A DNA stretch of 64,000 bases, taken from positions 6,234-70,233 of the forward strand of contig NW_021835968.1 of the NCBI RefSeq assembly GCF_006345805.1, read 5' to 3'. The notes beneath the pieces were generated by a model. The model was given only the letters and a program-made list of their open reading frames with translations, had not been told where the DNA came from and ran no database searches. This document shows positions 62,509 through 64,000 of this stretch, piece by piece (position 1 is the first letter of the stretch; each line of letters starts with the position of its first letter). Position numbers and translations under genes: made by a program. Source of the DNA: Octopus sinensis (taxonomy: Eukaryota).

Positions 62509-63416
62509 ATATGTATATATGCGTGTGGATGTTATATTCCACACCCATCAGTGAGATTATATTCAACAGAGATGAAATCCATTTCTGCTTTGTCTCGCCC
62601 ACTTGGGCAAAAATTTTCGTTGTTCGCGCGTGTGTGTGTGAATATATATATGTATAGTTTTTTTTTTTTGCTTTTATTTGCTTCCTCTACCCCCTGGTGG
62701 GAATGTGGGTGACTAGAATTGTATATCTGCTTACTTTGAATAATTTCAAAATTTTTTCAGTTATATACATTTTTTTTTTAGTTTTTGTTTCCTAAATAAA
62801 GGATAGGGATAGAGTAATTATAATCAAGTCAATCTACCCCTAATATATAACTGGTATTTTATTGGATCAAATCTGTTGGGATGAGCATATGAGAGAGAGA
62901 GAGAGAGATGAACTTATGAGGCTCTACAGAGTCACTCAGACTGCTAGAATCAACAGTCAAATATCCCTCAGACCACACTTTGTTCATCATATCATCATCA
63001 TCATCATCATTTTAACATCCACTTTTCTGTACTCGCATGTATAGAATTTGTTGAGGTGAATTTTCTATGGCTGAGTGCCTTTCCTGTTGCTAACCCTCAC
63101 TTGTTTCAAAATCAAAGTAATATTTTCCCATAACCAGACATGTTTTCATGTTTGTTTCTTGGTAACAAAGAACACCGCTTGCATGACAATGACACTCACT
63201 TATGACTATCATGTAATGTGAAGGCAAAGAGACAGTACACTGACACACACATCTATACTCAAAGATACATACATACGTGTATGTGTGTATATGTATATTC
63301 ACAGGATTGGCTGTGTGGTAAGTAGCTTGCTTACCAACCTCATGGTTTCAGGTTCAGTTTGACTACTGATGCTGGTGCTTCAGCATGGCCACAATCAAAT
63401 GACAAACAAGTAAAAG

Positions 63417-63464
<48 letters not shown>

Positions 63465-63482
63465 TGTGTATGTGTATGTGTG

Positions 63483-63931
63483 TCTATTATATAAAATCTG
63501 TTCTGTCTGTCTGCGTGTGTGTCTTCTAGGATCTTGGGCATCCTCAATCCGATTGCGCTCAAATTTGATATGTAGATACCAGGGTGTGTATAAGTCTTGA
63601 AAAAATTACAAAACTCGATTCCAGGTGAGAATGCGATCCATAAAGCCGTGGGAACGTGCATTTGTACGCGCAAATACATCAGCTGTTGCGATGTACTTAC
63701 TGGTACTTTAAACTCTTCAGTTGCATGTTTGTGTGAATAAAATCGTTTTCTTTTGGAATAGAAAAAAATTCTATCTTTATTTCTTCTTTTGCTGGTGTCT
63801 CAAATTTAGGTTAAATCAGTGTTTCTCAAAGGTGAGGCCTATGGGACGGTCGAACAAGTTGTTTTGAGAAAATTTGGTTTAGATGTTTGACAACTCAGCG
63901 CCATCCATTGGATGGGGGGCGTTTTGCTCGT
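63483..63931 (+). mobile_element. Helitron/HINE-like non-autonomous element
   Basis: 5' TCTATTATATAAAA followed by (TCTG)n and ATCCGATTGCGCTCAAATTTG; 3' hairpin CCATCC-ATT-GGATGG (63901-63915) about 12 bp before a CTCG-T end. Confidence 0.5.
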
Positions 63932-64000
63932 ATATATATATATATATATATATATATTGCTTGTATATATATATATATCATCATCATCATATATATATAT

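Overview
This is very AT-rich, repeat-saturated animal DNA. The SINE/LINE families and microsatellite landscape suggest an octopus or other coleoid cephalopod, which is an inference rather than something proven from the sequence. I cannot confirm any intact host protein-coding gene, and almost all listed ORFs are translations of microsatellites or SINEs. Recognisable coding remnants are all transposon-derived: (1) two 5'-truncated RTE-clade LINEs (13991-15580, 38960-41893) whose reverse transcriptase carries a C4HC3 PHD-type finger inserted between RT motifs 6 and 7; (2) a full-length dead mariner (8362-9631, 37-bp perfect TIRs, TA duplication) plus three other mariner remnants; (3) a Penelope-like GIY-YIG fragment with a perfect 103-bp inverted terminal copy (35738-36649). 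Non-coding repeats include dozens of tRNA-derived SINEs of several families (some in head-to-tail arrays), TTAA-flanked MITEs, Helitron-like elements, minisatellites and a 1.27-kb near-identical tandem duplication. The most striking signal is a set of small fold-back elements from different sequence families. In each, a type I hammerhead-ribozyme-like module is paired with an inverted copy of the element's own 3' end (16092-16398, 26455-26653, 34755-34890, 35802-36649; a similar fold-back with no visible hammerhead is at 28948-29542). A pair of RFX X-box motifs in unique sequence (46370, 46436) and a few phase-compatible minus-strand micro-exon candidates hint at a host gene, but this is low confidence.
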